DNA of 64,000 nt from an uncultured Acidobacteriota bacterium (lineage in GTDB: Bacteria > Acidobacteriota > Thermoanaerobaculia > Multivoradales > SZUA-115), in assembly GCA_963805975.1 (NCBI GenBank), contig CAWDVR010000005.1:448001-512000 (forward strand). The letters run 5' to 3'. Made by a program: the position numbers and the translations under genes. Shown in pieces: positions 38,762-52,975 of the stretch. The notes beneath the pieces were generated by a model. It was given only the letters and a program-made list of their open reading frames with translations, was not told the DNA's origin and ran no database searches. The first letter of the stretch is position 1; the number at the start of each line of letters is the position of its first letter.

Positions 38762-41027
38762 GCGAGGGCGGGAGTCTAACCCACCGCTCGCGAGGGCGAC
38801 TCTCCCGCTGCGGTGCTCGAGCTCCCTGGCGGGCGGCCTGCGCTCCTCGCGGGAGAGTCGCCCTCGCGCCCCGCGTCGATCGACGAGCCGAGGATCTGGC
38901 AGCCGGCCGCCAGAGCGCCACCAACCCGAGCCCCAGCCACGCCAGCGTCGAGAGCGGCAGCGTCCAGAGGAGCGGCCGGCGATCGACCTCGACCTCCACA
39001 CGGTGCCGGCCGGCCGGTACTTCGACGCCCAGCAGATAGAAGTTGGCGACCACGGTGCGGGCGGGCTCGCCGTCGATCGTCGCTCTCCAGAGGGGCAGAA
39101 AGGCGCGCCGCAGCACGAGGAGCCCGCCGCGCTCGGAGTTGGCCTCGGCCGTCAGCCGTTCCGCTTCGTTGACCAGTACCTTCACCTCGCCCGGCGGGCC
39201 GTCGAGCCCCGCTCCTGAGCCGAGCGCCACGGCCTCCGTGCGCGGGTCGAAGGTGGGATCGGTGAGCCGCCGGAAGAAACCATCCGGGTCCGCGGCACGC
39301 GAGACCTTGCCCAGGAGCTGCGCCTCGCCGAGCGCGCCGGCGATCTCGTAGAGGTGGAGCGACTGGCCGAAGCTCGGCCAGGTGGCGTCCAGCCGCGCGG
39401 CCCCGGCCAGCTCCGCGGGCAAGGTCCGGTTGAGCAGCAGGCGGTCCACGCCGGTCGCTTTGAGCAGCGCCAGGCGCTCGCGGTCCGGAGAGCCGGCCAC
39501 CGCGGCCTGGGCGACCCGGCTCCAGAACGAGTCCAGCCCCTCGGGCGAGGCGTTGAACGCGAAGCGGCGTTGGAAGAGAGGACCGGTCGCCGGGTAGAGC
39601 TCGTAGAGAGCGCGGCGCGCGAGCCACAGGGACTGGAGCTCCGGGAAGCGGCCGGACGCGAGCGGTGACGGCCCGAACAGGCCGCCGGCGCCGCCGTGGA
39701 CGACCACCGAGGTCTTGGGAACGCGGTCGAGCACCAGCGGCGGCAGCTCGTAGGGCAGCGCGGCGTCCGTGGCGTAGAGCGGCGCCAGCACCCAGAGCTG
39801 GGCAGCGGCGTGAACAGCCAGCAACACCGCTCCCCACACCGCCGCCCGGCTCGCTCCGAGGCGCCTCACGACCACCGCTTCCGGCTGCACGAAGAGCCGC
39901 TCGAAGCCCAGCCCGGCGAGCACCGAGGCGCCGATCCCTACGGCGAGGAAGAGCTTCACCGGGTAGCGCAGGCCCGGCAGCGCGAAGGCCCACTCGGCCA
40001 GAGGATTGTGGCGGCCGAGCGCGAAGAACAGGCCCACGGCGATGGCGCCGAGCGCCCAGCGGGCGGCGCTCCACCGCCAGCGGGCGCCCAAGGCCGTGAG
40101 CGCCAGCGCGAAGAGGCCCGGCGCGAGCGAGAAGTAGAAGGGTGGCGAGCCGCCGTAGAAGCGGTGTGCGGAGAGGCCGCCCTCACCCAGGAGGTCCGGC
40201 CGGCCGAAGCAGAGCGGCACCAGGATCTCGAGCGCCTGGCGCGGATCGAAGCTCGCGGCCGTGGCGGCGGCCAGCGAGTAGCCGTAGGCGGCGCGGAACG
40301 AGCCGGGGACGATGCGGGCCAGCTCCACGAGCTGCGGCAACGCGGCGAGCGTGCCGAGGGCGAGCGCGGCGGCGAGCGCCCCGGACACTCTCCGCCAGCG
40401 CGGGCCCTCCTCCCGCAACCGGACGGCCACCGCCGAGGCGGCGAGGAGCAGCGCGAGACCTGCCAGCATCGGATCGCCGGCCAGGAGCAGCAGCGCCCAG
40501 AGCGCACCGGCGGCGGCGAGATGGAGCCTCCGCCGGTCACCTACCAATCCCAGGCAGGCGGCCACGAACGCCGGCGCCAGGGTCACGCCGGAGACCGCGT
40601 TGTAGAGGTTGAGCTGCGAGAGGTAATAGCCGGAAAAGGCCCACGCCACGCCGGCCGCCCAGGAAGCCCGCCGCGACAGGCCCCAGGCCCTCCCCAGCCA
40701 AAACATCGCCGGCGCGGCCAGCAGCCAGTGCAGCCAGAAGTGGGCGTTGAGGGCCCAGAGCGAGCCACGGGCCAGGAGAAAGTTGTCCGGGTAGAGCGGA
40801 GCGGCGTTGAGGTTCCCGGCGAGCGGCTGGCCGAGCCCGCGGTAGGGGTCGATCAGCGGCAGCCGGCCCTCGGCCATCGCCTGGCCCTGGGCCGCCTTCA
40901 TCGGCAGGTGGGTGACGAAGACGTCGCGCAGGAAGAGCGTGTCGCTGCCACGGGCGAGCGGAAAGATCACCCACGCCAGCATGGCGAGCGGCGGGACGAC
41001 GTAGAGCAGGAGCCGGCGGAGGTTCAT
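38700..41027 (-). CDS. Polytopic membrane protein, YfhO/GT-C glycosyltransferase-like
   Basis: LFLRD after TM1, GRLPLIDPYRGLGQPLAGN, many TMs, and a C-terminal WRATIDGEP...VPAGRHRVEV. Confidence 0.75.
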   Translation of the reverse strand: MNLRRLLLYVVPPLAMLAWVIFPLARGSDTLFLRDVFVTHLPMKAAQGQAMAEGRLPLIDPYRGLGQPLAGNLNAAPLYPDNFLLARGSLWALNAHFWLHWLLAAPAMFWLGRAWGLSRRASWAAGVAWAFSGYYLSQLNLYNAVSGVTLAPAFVAACLGLVGDRRRLHLAAAGALWALLLLAGDPMLAGLALLLAASAVAVRLREEGPRWRRVSGALAAALALGTLAALPQLVELARIVPGSFRAAYGYSLAAATAASFDPRQALEILVPLCFGRPDLLGEGGLSAHRFYGGSPPFYFSLAPGLFALALTALGARWRWSAARWALGAIAVGLFFALGRHNPLAEWAFALPGLRYPVKLFLAVGIGASVLAGLGFERLFVQPEAVVVRRLGASRAAVWGAVLLAVHAAAQLWVLAPLYATDAALPYELPPLVLDRVPKTSVVVHGGAGGLFGPSPLASGRFPELQSLWLARRALYELYPATGPLFQRRFAFNASPEGLDSFWSRVAQAAVAGSPDRERLALLKATGVDRLLLNRTLPAELAGAARLDATWPSFGQSLHLYEIAGALGEAQLLGKVSRAADPDGFFRRLTDPTFDPRTEAVALGSGAGLDGPPGEVKVLVNEAERLTAEANSERGGLLVLRRAFLPLWRATIDGEPARTVVANFYLLGVEVPAGRHRVEVEVDRRPLLWTLPLSTLAWLGLGLVALWRPAARSSARRSTRGARATLPRGAQAARQGARAPQRESRPRERWVRLPPSHARERAVPPADSQGSDRQPR

Positions 41028-41055
41028 CGGGCCGGGGAATCATAGAATGCCCGCT

Positions 41056-41925
41056 GTGCCTCCCCTCCTGCGATCGCTCCGCCCCGCGCAATGGGCGAAG
41101 AATGCTTTCGTGCTGGCGCCGCTCGTCTTCGCGCGCCGCCTGACCGATCCGGAGGCCTTCGCCGCCGCGCTCCTCGCCTTTGCGGCCTTCTGCTGCGCGG
41201 CGAGCGCGGTCTATCTCGTCAACGACATCCGCGATCGCGAAGCCGACCGCCGCCACCCGCTCAAGAAGCACCGGCCGATCGCCGCCGGCACTCTCGGTGT
41301 GCCGCTCGCCGCCGCCACCGCCGCGATGCTGGCCGTCCTGGCGCTCGCCGCCGCCCTGCGGCTGGGCCCGGCCTTCGGTGGGCTGCTCGGCGCTTACCTG
41401 GTGCTCAACGCGCTCTACTCCTGGCGCCTGAAGCACCTGGTGATCCTCGACGTGATGGCCATCGCCCTGGGGTTCCTGCTGCGCGTGCTGGCCGGCGCCG
41501 CCGCCATCGAGGTCCAGGTGTCGAGCTGGCTGCTGCTCTGCACCATGTTCCTCTCGCTCTTCCTCGCCTTCTCCAAGCGCCGCCACGAGCTGATCCTCAT
41601 GGCCGGCGAAGCCGCCGACCAGCGGCGGGTGCTGTCGCACTACAGCCCGGCCTTCCTCGACCAGATGATCAACGTGGTGACGGCGTCGTCGGTGATCGCC
41701 TACGCGCTCTACGCCGTGGCGCCGGAGACGGTGGAGAAGTTCCACACCGACAGGCTGGTCTACACCCTGCCCATGGTGCTCTTCGGCGTCTTCCGCTACC
41801 TCTACCTGATCTACCAGCGCCCCGGCGAGAAAAACCCCACCGAGGCCATCCTCACCGACCCGCCCTTCCTGCTGAACGTGGTGGTATGGGGGCTGGCGGT
41901 GGTGTGGGTGGTGTACGGGGGGTGA
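41056..41925 (+). CDS. UbiA-family polyprenyl-phosphate phosphoribosyltransferase (DPPR synthase-like)
   Basis: LRPAQWAKN, YLVNDIRDREADRRHPLKKHRPIAAG, FLAFSKRRHEL; likely leaderless GTG start at 41056. Confidence 0.88.
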   Translation: MPPLLRSLRPAQWAKNAFVLAPLVFARRLTDPEAFAAALLAFAAFCCAASAVYLVNDIRDREADRRHPLKKHRPIAAGTLGVPLAAATAAMLAVLALAAALRLGPAFGGLLGAYLVLNALYSWRLKHLVILDVMAIALGFLLRVLAGAAAIEVQVSSWLLLCTMFLSLFLAFSKRRHELILMAGEAADQRRVLSHYSPAFLDQMINVVTASSVIAYALYAVAPETVEKFHTDRLVYTLPMVLFGVFRYLYLIYQRPGEKNPTEAILTDPPFLLNVVVWGLAVVWVVYGG

Positions 41926-41926
41926 G

Positions 41927-44344
41927 CTACTCGCTCTTCAACGTCTCCACCGGGTCCACCCTCGCCGCTCTCCTCGCGGGCAGGTAGCAGGCGGCGAGGC
42001 CGACGGCGGCGAGGAGCGCGGAGACGGTGGCGAGGGTGGCCGGGTCGCCGGGCTCGACACCGTAGAGGAGGCTCGCGAGCCCGCGGCCGAGGCCCAGGCT
42101 GGCGACGAGACCGAGCGCCAGGCCGATGGCGACCAGCGTCAACCCGCGGCGGAGCACCAGGTTGAGCACGTCCGCGCCGCGGGCACCGAGGGCCATGCGG
42201 ATGCCGATCTCCCGCGCGCGCTGCGCGGTGGCGTAGGCCATCACGCCGTAGACGCCCACCGCCGCCAACACCAGCGCCAGGCCGGCGAAGGCCAGGAGCA
42301 GGAAGACTACGAAGCGGGTGGGGGCGAGGGAACGCGATACCAGCTCTTCCATGGTCGCGAGGTTGGCGACCGGCTGCCGCGGGTCGGCGGCCGAGACCGT
42401 GTCCCTGAGCGCCGCGAGGAGCGGCGCCGGATCGGTCTTGGCGCGCACCACCAGCGTCATCCCGCGGCTCGGCCGCTGGGCGAGCGGCTGGTACACCTCA
42501 GGGTCCGGTGCGCGGTCGAGCCGGTTGTCGCGCACGCTGCCCACCACGCCGACGATGGTCCACCACGGCGCCTCGGGGTTCTGCACGTTGCCGATCCGCA
42601 TCCGGCGGCCGACCGGGTCCTCGCCCGCGAAGTAGCGGTCGGCGAAAGCGCGGCTGACGAGCGCCACCTTCTGCGCCGCGGCGTGGTCGCCGGAGTCGAA
42701 GAGGCGGCCGGAAAGGAGCGGGATGCCGGCCGCGTCGAAGTACGAGGGCGAGGCAGCGCGAAAGTCGGTGGGCAGCTCCTCGCCCGGCGCCGGCATCCGC
42801 CCCTCGATGCCGAAAGAGACGTCGATCTGCGAGCCGGAGAGCGGGAGCACCGAGACCGCTCCCACGGCCTCGACATCGGGCCGCGCCAGGAGGCGTGCGG
42901 TCACCTCGTCCAGGAGAGCGCCGGCCTCGGCGGCCTGTGCGAAGCGGGCCTGAGGGAAGTAGAGAGTGCCGGTCGCGAGGCGCTCGGGGTCGAACCCCGG
43001 GTCCACGCGCGACAGCGAGCCCAGGGTGCGCAGCAGCAGGCCGGCGCTCGCGAGGAGCGCCAGCCCGAGGGCGAGCTCGGCCACCACCAGCGACCCGCGA
43101 AGCCGGTTGCCGCCGCTGCTCGAACCACGGGAGCCTTCGCCCATGGCGGCGGCGAGGCGCGGACGGCTGGCACTCAAGGCCGGCGCAAGGCCGAAGAGCA
43201 GGCCCGTCGCCACCGACACCGCGAACGTGAAGCCGAGTACCGTGCGGTCGATGGCCAGCTCCTCGATGCGCGGCGAACCGGCAGGGGCCAGTACGCGCAG
43301 CACGTCGAGGCCCCAGGAGCCGAGCAGCATCCCGAGGGCGCCGCCGGCGAGCGCCAGGAGCAGGCTCTCGGTCAGGAGCTGGCCCACCAGCCGGCCGCGG
43401 TTGGCGCCGAGCGCCGAGCGCACCGCGAGCTCGCGGCGGCGCGCCGTGGCGCGCGTCAGAAAGAGGTTCGCCACGTTGGCGCAGGCGATGAGCAGCACCA
43501 TGGCCACGGCTCCCAGGAGCACCAGGAGCGGCGTCTTCACCGGGCCCACCACCCTGTCGAGGAGCGGGGTGAGCAGGAGACCGACGTCCTTGAGGTCGAT
43601 CGGGTACGCAGCCGCCAGCGCCGCGCCGAGGCGGTCGAAGTCGGCCTGGGCCGCCTGGCGCGAGACGCCGGGCTTCAGGCGCCCGATCACCTGCAGGAAG
43701 TAGTTGCCGCGGTCGTCGGGCACCGGGTCGAAGACGAAGGGCGCGAAGACCTCGGCATCGCCGATGATCGGGGCCCGGAACTCGGCGGGCAGCACGCCGA
43801 TCACCGTGTGCGGCAGGCCGTTCAGGCTGATCGTGCGGCCCACCAGGGTGGGGTCGGAGCCGAAGCGGCGGGACCACAGGCCGTGCGCCAGCACCGCCAC
43901 GCGCTCCTTGCCGGCGCTCTCCTCCTCGGCCCGGAAGCCGCGGCCCACGACCGGCTGCACGCCGAGCACCCCGAAGTAGTCCGCCGCCACTCGCGCGCCG
44001 ATCAGGCTCTCCGGCTGGTCGAAGCCCGCGAGCTCCGGCGCCCAGCCGGTGAACGCGGCCATCCCGGAGAACGACCGGTTCTCCCGCCGCCAGTCCACGA
44101 ACCCGGCGGCGCCCGTCCACTCCTCGCGCGGCCCCCCTTTGGCTTCGTGGTTCTCCCACACCATGAAGAGCTCGTGCGAGCGCGGGAAGGGCAGGGGCTC
44201 GAGCAGCACCGAGTTGACCACGCTGAAGATGGCGCTGTTGGCGCCGATCCCCAGAGCCAGGGTGACCAGCGCCGCCAGCGTGAAGCCGGGGCTCTTCAGG
44301 AACGAGCGGAGCGCGAAGCGGATGTCGGAGAGCAAGTTGCCCAT
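41927..44344 (-). CDS. ADOP-type duplicated orphan ABC permease (MacB/FtsX)
   Basis: [15 protein letters not shown]...[48 protein letters not shown]; no ATPase gene nearby. Confidence 0.93.
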   Translation of the reverse strand: MGNLLSDIRFALRSFLKSPGFTLAALVTLALGIGANSAIFSVVNSVLLEPLPFPRSHELFMVWENHEAKGGPREEWTGAAGFVDWRRENRSFSGMAAFTGWAPELAGFDQPESLIGARVAADYFGVLGVQPVVGRGFRAEEESAGKERVAVLAHGLWSRRFGSDPTLVGRTISLNGLPHTVIGVLPAEFRAPIIGDAEVFAPFVFDPVPDDRGNYFLQVIGRLKPGVSRQAAQADFDRLGAALAAAYPIDLKDVGLLLTPLLDRVVGPVKTPLLVLLGAVAMVLLIACANVANLFLTRATARRRELAVRSALGANRGRLVGQLLTESLLLALAGGALGMLLGSWGLDVLRVLAPAGSPRIEELAIDRTVLGFTFAVSVATGLLFGLAPALSASRPRLAAAMGEGSRGSSSGGNRLRGSLVVAELALGLALLASAGLLLRTLGSLSRVDPGFDPERLATGTLYFPQARFAQAAEAGALLDEVTARLLARPDVEAVGAVSVLPLSGSQIDVSFGIEGRMPAPGEELPTDFRAASPSYFDAAGIPLLSGRLFDSGDHAAAQKVALVSRAFADRYFAGEDPVGRRMRIGNVQNPEAPWWTIVGVVGSVRDNRLDRAPDPEVYQPLAQRPSRGMTLVVRAKTDPAPLLAALRDTVSAADPRQPVANLATMEELVSRSLAPTRFVVFLLLAFAGLALVLAAVGVYGVMAYATAQRAREIGIRMALGARGADVLNLVLRRGLTLVAIGLALGLVASLGLGRGLASLLYGVEPGDPATLATVSALLAAVGLAACYLPARRAARVDPVETLKSE

Positions 44345-44388
44345 GAGCGGAGGCCTCCTCGAGGCATACAAGGGTCGAGGCAACCAGG

Positions 44389-44404
44389 GCAACCCGTGTG
44401 CCAG
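44389..44404 (-). promoter_or_regulatory. Sigma54 (-24/-12) promoter of the ADOP permease
   Basis: Minus strand CTGGCACACGGGTTGC, a near-perfect consensus with GG-N10-GC, followed by SD GAGGAGG. Confidence 0.7.
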
Positions 44405-44530
44405 GGGTGGCCCGTGGCCCCGTAGCGCCGGTTTCTCAGGCTCTCGATCGTGGGAGCGTTCGGAAGTGGGAAGGGGCCGTTCCGGGAGCGGACGGGAAGG
44501 CGCAAAGCGGGCGTAGCATAGGATTCGACC

Positions 44531-49120
<4,590 letters not shown>

Positions 49121-49161
49121 GATCGTGGCTGCTCGCCGCCACCACAGGCCTCTGCAAACAC

Positions 49162-49204
49162 GGTATGATCATTCTGGGTATCACGTGTATTACTCTTGGT
49201 ATGA
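49162..49204 (+). promoter_or_regulatory. Direct GGTAT(G/C)A repeats, probable RHH antitoxin operator
   Basis: ggtatga (49162), ggtatca (49177), tgtatta (49186), ggtatga (49198), all upstream of the antitoxin. Confidence 0.5.
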
Positions 49205-49214
49205 GGAGTAGATA

Positions 49215-49469
49215 GTGACTGTGGCCAGAGCCGCCATCTCTCTCGAAGAACCACTGCTCAAGAGGCTGGACCGTGCCGCACGGGAGCTGGAGCTTCCTCG
49301 CAGCCGCCTTTTGGCGCGCGCGGCGGAAGAATTTCTGGAGCGCTACGAGGCGACGCACCTTCTCGCTCAGCTCAATGCGGCTTACGGCAGCGAACCCTCT
49401 TCCGAAGAGAAGGCCGTCAATCTTCAGCGCAGGCGCTCCCACCGCCGGCAGGTTCAGGGCACGTGGTGA
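49215..49469 (+). CDS. Ribbon-helix-helix (CopG-like) antitoxin
   Basis: AISLEEPLLKRLDRAARELELPRSRLLARAAEEFL...LNAAY; overlaps the toxin. Confidence 0.85.
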   Translation: MTVARAAISLEEPLLKRLDRAARELELPRSRLLARAAEEFLERYEATHLLAQLNAAYGSEPSSEEKAVNLQRRRSHRRQVQGTW

Positions 49470-49822
49470 TCTCGCAGGGCGATGTCTACTGGGTCGAGCT
49501 GGGAGAGCCCGGCGGTCCCGGCCCGGGCTTTCGGCACCCGCACGTGGTCGTACAGAACGATTTGTTCAATTCCAGTGCCATTCAGACGGTCGTGGTCTGC
49601 GCCCTGACCTCGAACTTGAAGCGAGCCAAGGCGCCAGGTAACGTGCTGCTCGCTGAGGGAGAGGCCAACCTGCCTCGTGGCTCGGTGGTCAACGTGTCGC
49701 AGCTCGCCACCGTGGACAAAGACGAGCTGGTCGAGAAAATCGGTTCGCTTGCCCCCGAGCGCTTCCTGGATATCCTGGACGGCATTCACCTGCTGCTGGA
49801 GCCGAGATCCGCTCCCCAGTAG
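49463..49822 (+). CDS. mazF: PemK/MazF family toxin
   Basis: QGDVYWVEL...RHPHVVVQND...LTSNL...SVVNVSQLATVDK. Confidence 0.93.
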   Translation: MVISQGDVYWVELGEPGGPGPGFRHPHVVVQNDLFNSSAIQTVVVCALTSNLKRAKAPGNVLLAEGEANLPRGSVVNVSQLATVDKDELVEKIGSLAPERFLDILDGIHLLLEPRSAPQ

Positions 49823-49844
49823 GCGATATCAGGTAGCCACGCCT

Positions 49845-49973
49845 TCAGTAGAACTCCGCGCACGACAGGAAGAACCCGCACCGCGGGTCGGGGCAGTAGA
49901 GCTTGCAGCGGCGCTCGGCCAAGGCGCTGCCGCAGTTGGGGCAGGTGCGGACCAGCTCTTCGGCGGCGGGCAT
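49845..49973 (-). CDS. Cys-rich zinc-finger microprotein (42 aa)
   Basis: MPAAEELVRTCPNCGSALAERRCKLYCPDPRCGFFLSCAEFY; alternative start at 50033. Confidence 0.65.
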   Translation of the reverse strand: MPAAEELVRTCPNCGSALAERRCKLYCPDPRCGFFLSCAEFY

Positions 49974-50161
49974 CGGGCGCGCGCTCCGCGACCGGTCCGC
50001 GGCCGGCTGCCCATCTCTCGCCGGCGGGCTCATGCGGTTCATCCTAGACCACTTGCGGCGGCGCCCGGGCCGCGGCGGCACGTTCCGCGCGAGCTTGCGC
50101 TGCGCTCGCTTCGATAGGAGAATGGACCGTTTCCAACCGACCCATCCTGGAGGGCCTGGCC

Positions 50162-51985
50162 TTGACCGAGCGCAAGTTCCGATCCGTCGTCGAGGTCTTT
50201 CACCACCGCGTGCGGGAGAGCGGCGCCAAGGAGGGGATGTGGGGCCGCGGCCCCGACGGCGCCTGGTACGCACTGACCTGGAAGCAGGCCGGGGACCGGG
50301 CGCGCCGCATCGCCTGCGGCCTCCAGGCCCTGGGAATCGAGAAGGGGAACCGCTGCTCGATCCTCTCCACCACGCGGCCCGAGTGGGTGCTGATCGACAT
50401 GGGCATCCTGGCGGCGGGCGGGTCGACCACCACCATCTACACCTCGAACCTGCCGGATGACTGCGCCTACATACTCTCGGACTCGGGCTCGGTCTACTGC
50501 TTTGCCGAGAACGCCTCGCAGGCCGCCAAGCTGGCGGGCGAGAGGGCCCACATCCCGGGCGTCAAGCGGGTGATCTGGATCGACGGCCAGCCGGACGGCA
50601 GCGACCCCTGGATGATGAGCCTGGCGGACCTCGAGCGCCTGGGCGCCGAGTGGGACCAGGCGAACCCCGGGCGCTACGACGAGGTGGCGGCGTCCGTGGG
50701 CCTCGAGGACCTGGCCACTCTCATCTACACCTCGGGCACCACGGGCAAGCCCAAGGGCGTGATGCTGACGCACGACAACTGGGTCTTCGAGGGCGAGGCG
50801 ATCGCCGCCATGAAGCTCCTCGAGGACACCGACAAGCAGTACCTCTTCCTGCCGCTCGCCCACTCCTTCGCCAAGGTGCTCGAGATCGGCTTCATCTACG
50901 TCGGCTGCCCGACGGCGATCGACGGCGACCTCGACAAGCTGGTCGACAATCTCTCCGTGGTCCGGCCGACGGTGATGGGCGCCGTGCCGCGGGTGTACGA
51001 AAAGGTCTACAACCGGGTGGTGGGTGGAGCCAAGGAAGCGGGCGGCCTCAAGTACAAGATCTTCCTGTGGGCGGTCGAGGTGGGGCGCAAGGTGTCGCTC
51101 CTGCGCCAGAACCGCAAGGAGCCGACCGGGCTGCTCAAGCTCAAGCACCGCATCGCGGACAAGCTCGTCTACTCCAAGCTCAAGGCGCGCTTCGGCGGCC
51201 GCATCCGCTACTTCGTCTCCGGCGGCGCCCCCCTCGCCCGCGAGATCGCCGAGTTCTTCCACGCCGCGGACCTCTTGGTGCTCGAGGGCTACGGGTTGAC
51301 CGAGTCCTCGGCCGCGAGCTTCGTCAACCGGCCGGAGAGCTTCAAGTTCGGTACCGTCGGGCCGCCGGTGCCGGGCCTGGAGGTCAAGATCGCCGCCGAC
51401 GGCGAGATCCTGCTCCGCGGGCGCGGCATCATGCAGGGCTACTACAACCGGCCCGAGGACACCGCCGAGGCGCTCGGCGCGGACGGCTGGCTCCACACCG
51501 GCGACATCGGCGAGCTCGACGAGGCCAACCGCCTGAAGATCACCGATCGCAAGAAGGACATCATCGTCACCGCCGGCGGCAAGAACGTGGCGCCGCAGTA
51601 CGTCGAGGGCCAGATCAAGACCGCGACCAACCTGATCTCCCAGGTCGTGATGCTCGGCGACCGGCGGCCGTTCTGCATCGCGCTCATCACCATCAACCCG
51701 GACACGGTGGGCGCCTGGGCCAAGCAGCAGGGCCTCGCCTTCACCGACGCCCAGGACCTGGCGTCCAGGCCCGAGGTCGAGAAGCTCATCTGGGGCGAAG
51801 TGCAGAAGGTCAACGGCCACCTCGCGACCTACGAGCAGATCAAGAAGATCGCCATCCTGCCGCAGGACTTCACCATCGAGAGCGGCGAGCTGACGCCCAA
51901 GATGTCGATCAAGCGCAAGGTCGTCGAGCAGCGCAACGCCGAGCTGATCGAGGGCCTCTACCAGGGCACGCTGGCGGCGATGTAG
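50162..51985 (+). CDS. fadD: Long-chain-fatty-acid--CoA ligase
   Basis: IYTSGTTGKPKGVML, FLPLAH, EGYGLTE, WLHTGDIG, RKKDIIVTAGGKN. Confidence 0.92.
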   Translation: MTERKFRSVVEVFHHRVRESGAKEGMWGRGPDGAWYALTWKQAGDRARRIACGLQALGIEKGNRCSILSTTRPEWVLIDMGILAAGGSTTTIYTSNLPDDCAYILSDSGSVYCFAENASQAAKLAGERAHIPGVKRVIWIDGQPDGSDPWMMSLADLERLGAEWDQANPGRYDEVAASVGLEDLATLIYTSGTTGKPKGVMLTHDNWVFEGEAIAAMKLLEDTDKQYLFLPLAHSFAKVLEIGFIYVGCPTAIDGDLDKLVDNLSVVRPTVMGAVPRVYEKVYNRVVGGAKEAGGLKYKIFLWAVEVGRKVSLLRQNRKEPTGLLKLKHRIADKLVYSKLKARFGGRIRYFVSGGAPLAREIAEFFHAADLLVLEGYGLTESSAASFVNRPESFKFGTVGPPVPGLEVKIAADGEILLRGRGIMQGYYNRPEDTAEALGADGWLHTGDIGELDEANRLKITDRKKDIIVTAGGKNVAPQYVEGQIKTATNLISQVVMLGDRRPFCIALITINPDTVGAWAKQQGLAFTDAQDLASRPEVEKLIWGEVQKVNGHLATYEQIKKIAILPQDFTIESGELTPKMSIKRKVVEQRNAELIEGLYQGTLAAM

Positions 51986-51997
51986 CCGCGCGCCGCC

Positions 51998-52975
51998 ATG
52001 CAGTGGAAGCTCGCCCGCCGCAGCCGCTTCACCGAGCGCTACCACGAATGGGCCCTGGGCTGGGGCTTTCCGGTGCTGCTGCGGATCGCCCCGGTACTGC
52101 CCATGTGGTCGCTCCGCTTCGGGGCGCGCCTGGTCATCGCGCTGGTGATGGTCGCCTACCCCGCCTCCAAGCGCGACGTCGACAAGAACCTCCGGCAGAT
52201 CCTGGGGCCCGAGGTCTCGCGGCGCGAGATCCGGCGCGCGCGGCGGCGGATGATGCACAACTTCGCCTGCTACTGGGTGGACCTCTTTCGCTTCTCCCAG
52301 CTTCCCTACGAGCGCACGCGTCAGTTCCTCTCCGCGCTGCGCGGGAAGGACAACCTCGAGCGCGCGTTGGCCCAGGGAAAAGGGGTGATCCTGGTCACCG
52401 CCCACCTCGGCAACTGGGAGCTGGGCGGGGCGTTCCTCAAGGAGAAGGACCTCGCCGTCTCCGTGGTCTACGTGGCGGACCAATCGCCCATCACCGAGAG
52501 TTTCCGCGCCCGGCTGCGCCAGGCGATCGGCGTCGAGGGCATCGCCATCAACCCGGCGGCGGACCTCTCGAGCCTGCCCGTGCTGCGGGCCCTGAGGCAG
52601 GGCCGGGTGGTGGCGATGCAGGGCGACCGCGACTTCAACGACCGCGGCGAGTGGGTGGAGTTCTTCGGCGCGGCGGCCCGCTTCCCACTTGGCCCCATGC
52701 TCCTCGCCCGCATGACCGGGGCGGTGCTGCTGCCGATCTTCATCGTCTACGACGAGCGCCACCGCCTGGAGATCGAGCTCGGCGCCCCGATCGCCGTCTC
52801 GACCGTGGGTGACCGCCGGCAGGCGGCGCGCACGGCGCTCGAGCAGTGGGTCCGGGTCCTCGAAGGTGCGGTGCGGCGCTGGCCTACGCAGTGGTTCACC
52901 TTCCACGACTTCTGGGCCGAGTCGCCGCCGGCCGCCGGCGCCGAGGAGCCGGCCGCCCGGCGGGAAGCCGTCTGA
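51998..52975 (+). CDS. Lipid A/lysophospholipid acyltransferase family (LpxL/PatA-like)
   Basis: VTAHLGNWE (HxxxxE), GDRD, FFG, PTQWFTFH. Confidence 0.87.
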   Translation: MQWKLARRSRFTERYHEWALGWGFPVLLRIAPVLPMWSLRFGARLVIALVMVAYPASKRDVDKNLRQILGPEVSRREIRRARRRMMHNFACYWVDLFRFSQLPYERTRQFLSALRGKDNLERALAQGKGVILVTAHLGNWELGGAFLKEKDLAVSVVYVADQSPITESFRARLRQAIGVEGIAINPAADLSSLPVLRALRQGRVVAMQGDRDFNDRGEWVEFFGAAARFPLGPMLLARMTGAVLLPIFIVYDERHRLEIELGAPIAVSTVGDRRQAARTALEQWVRVLEGAVRRWPTQWFTFHDFWAESPPAAGAEEPAARREAV

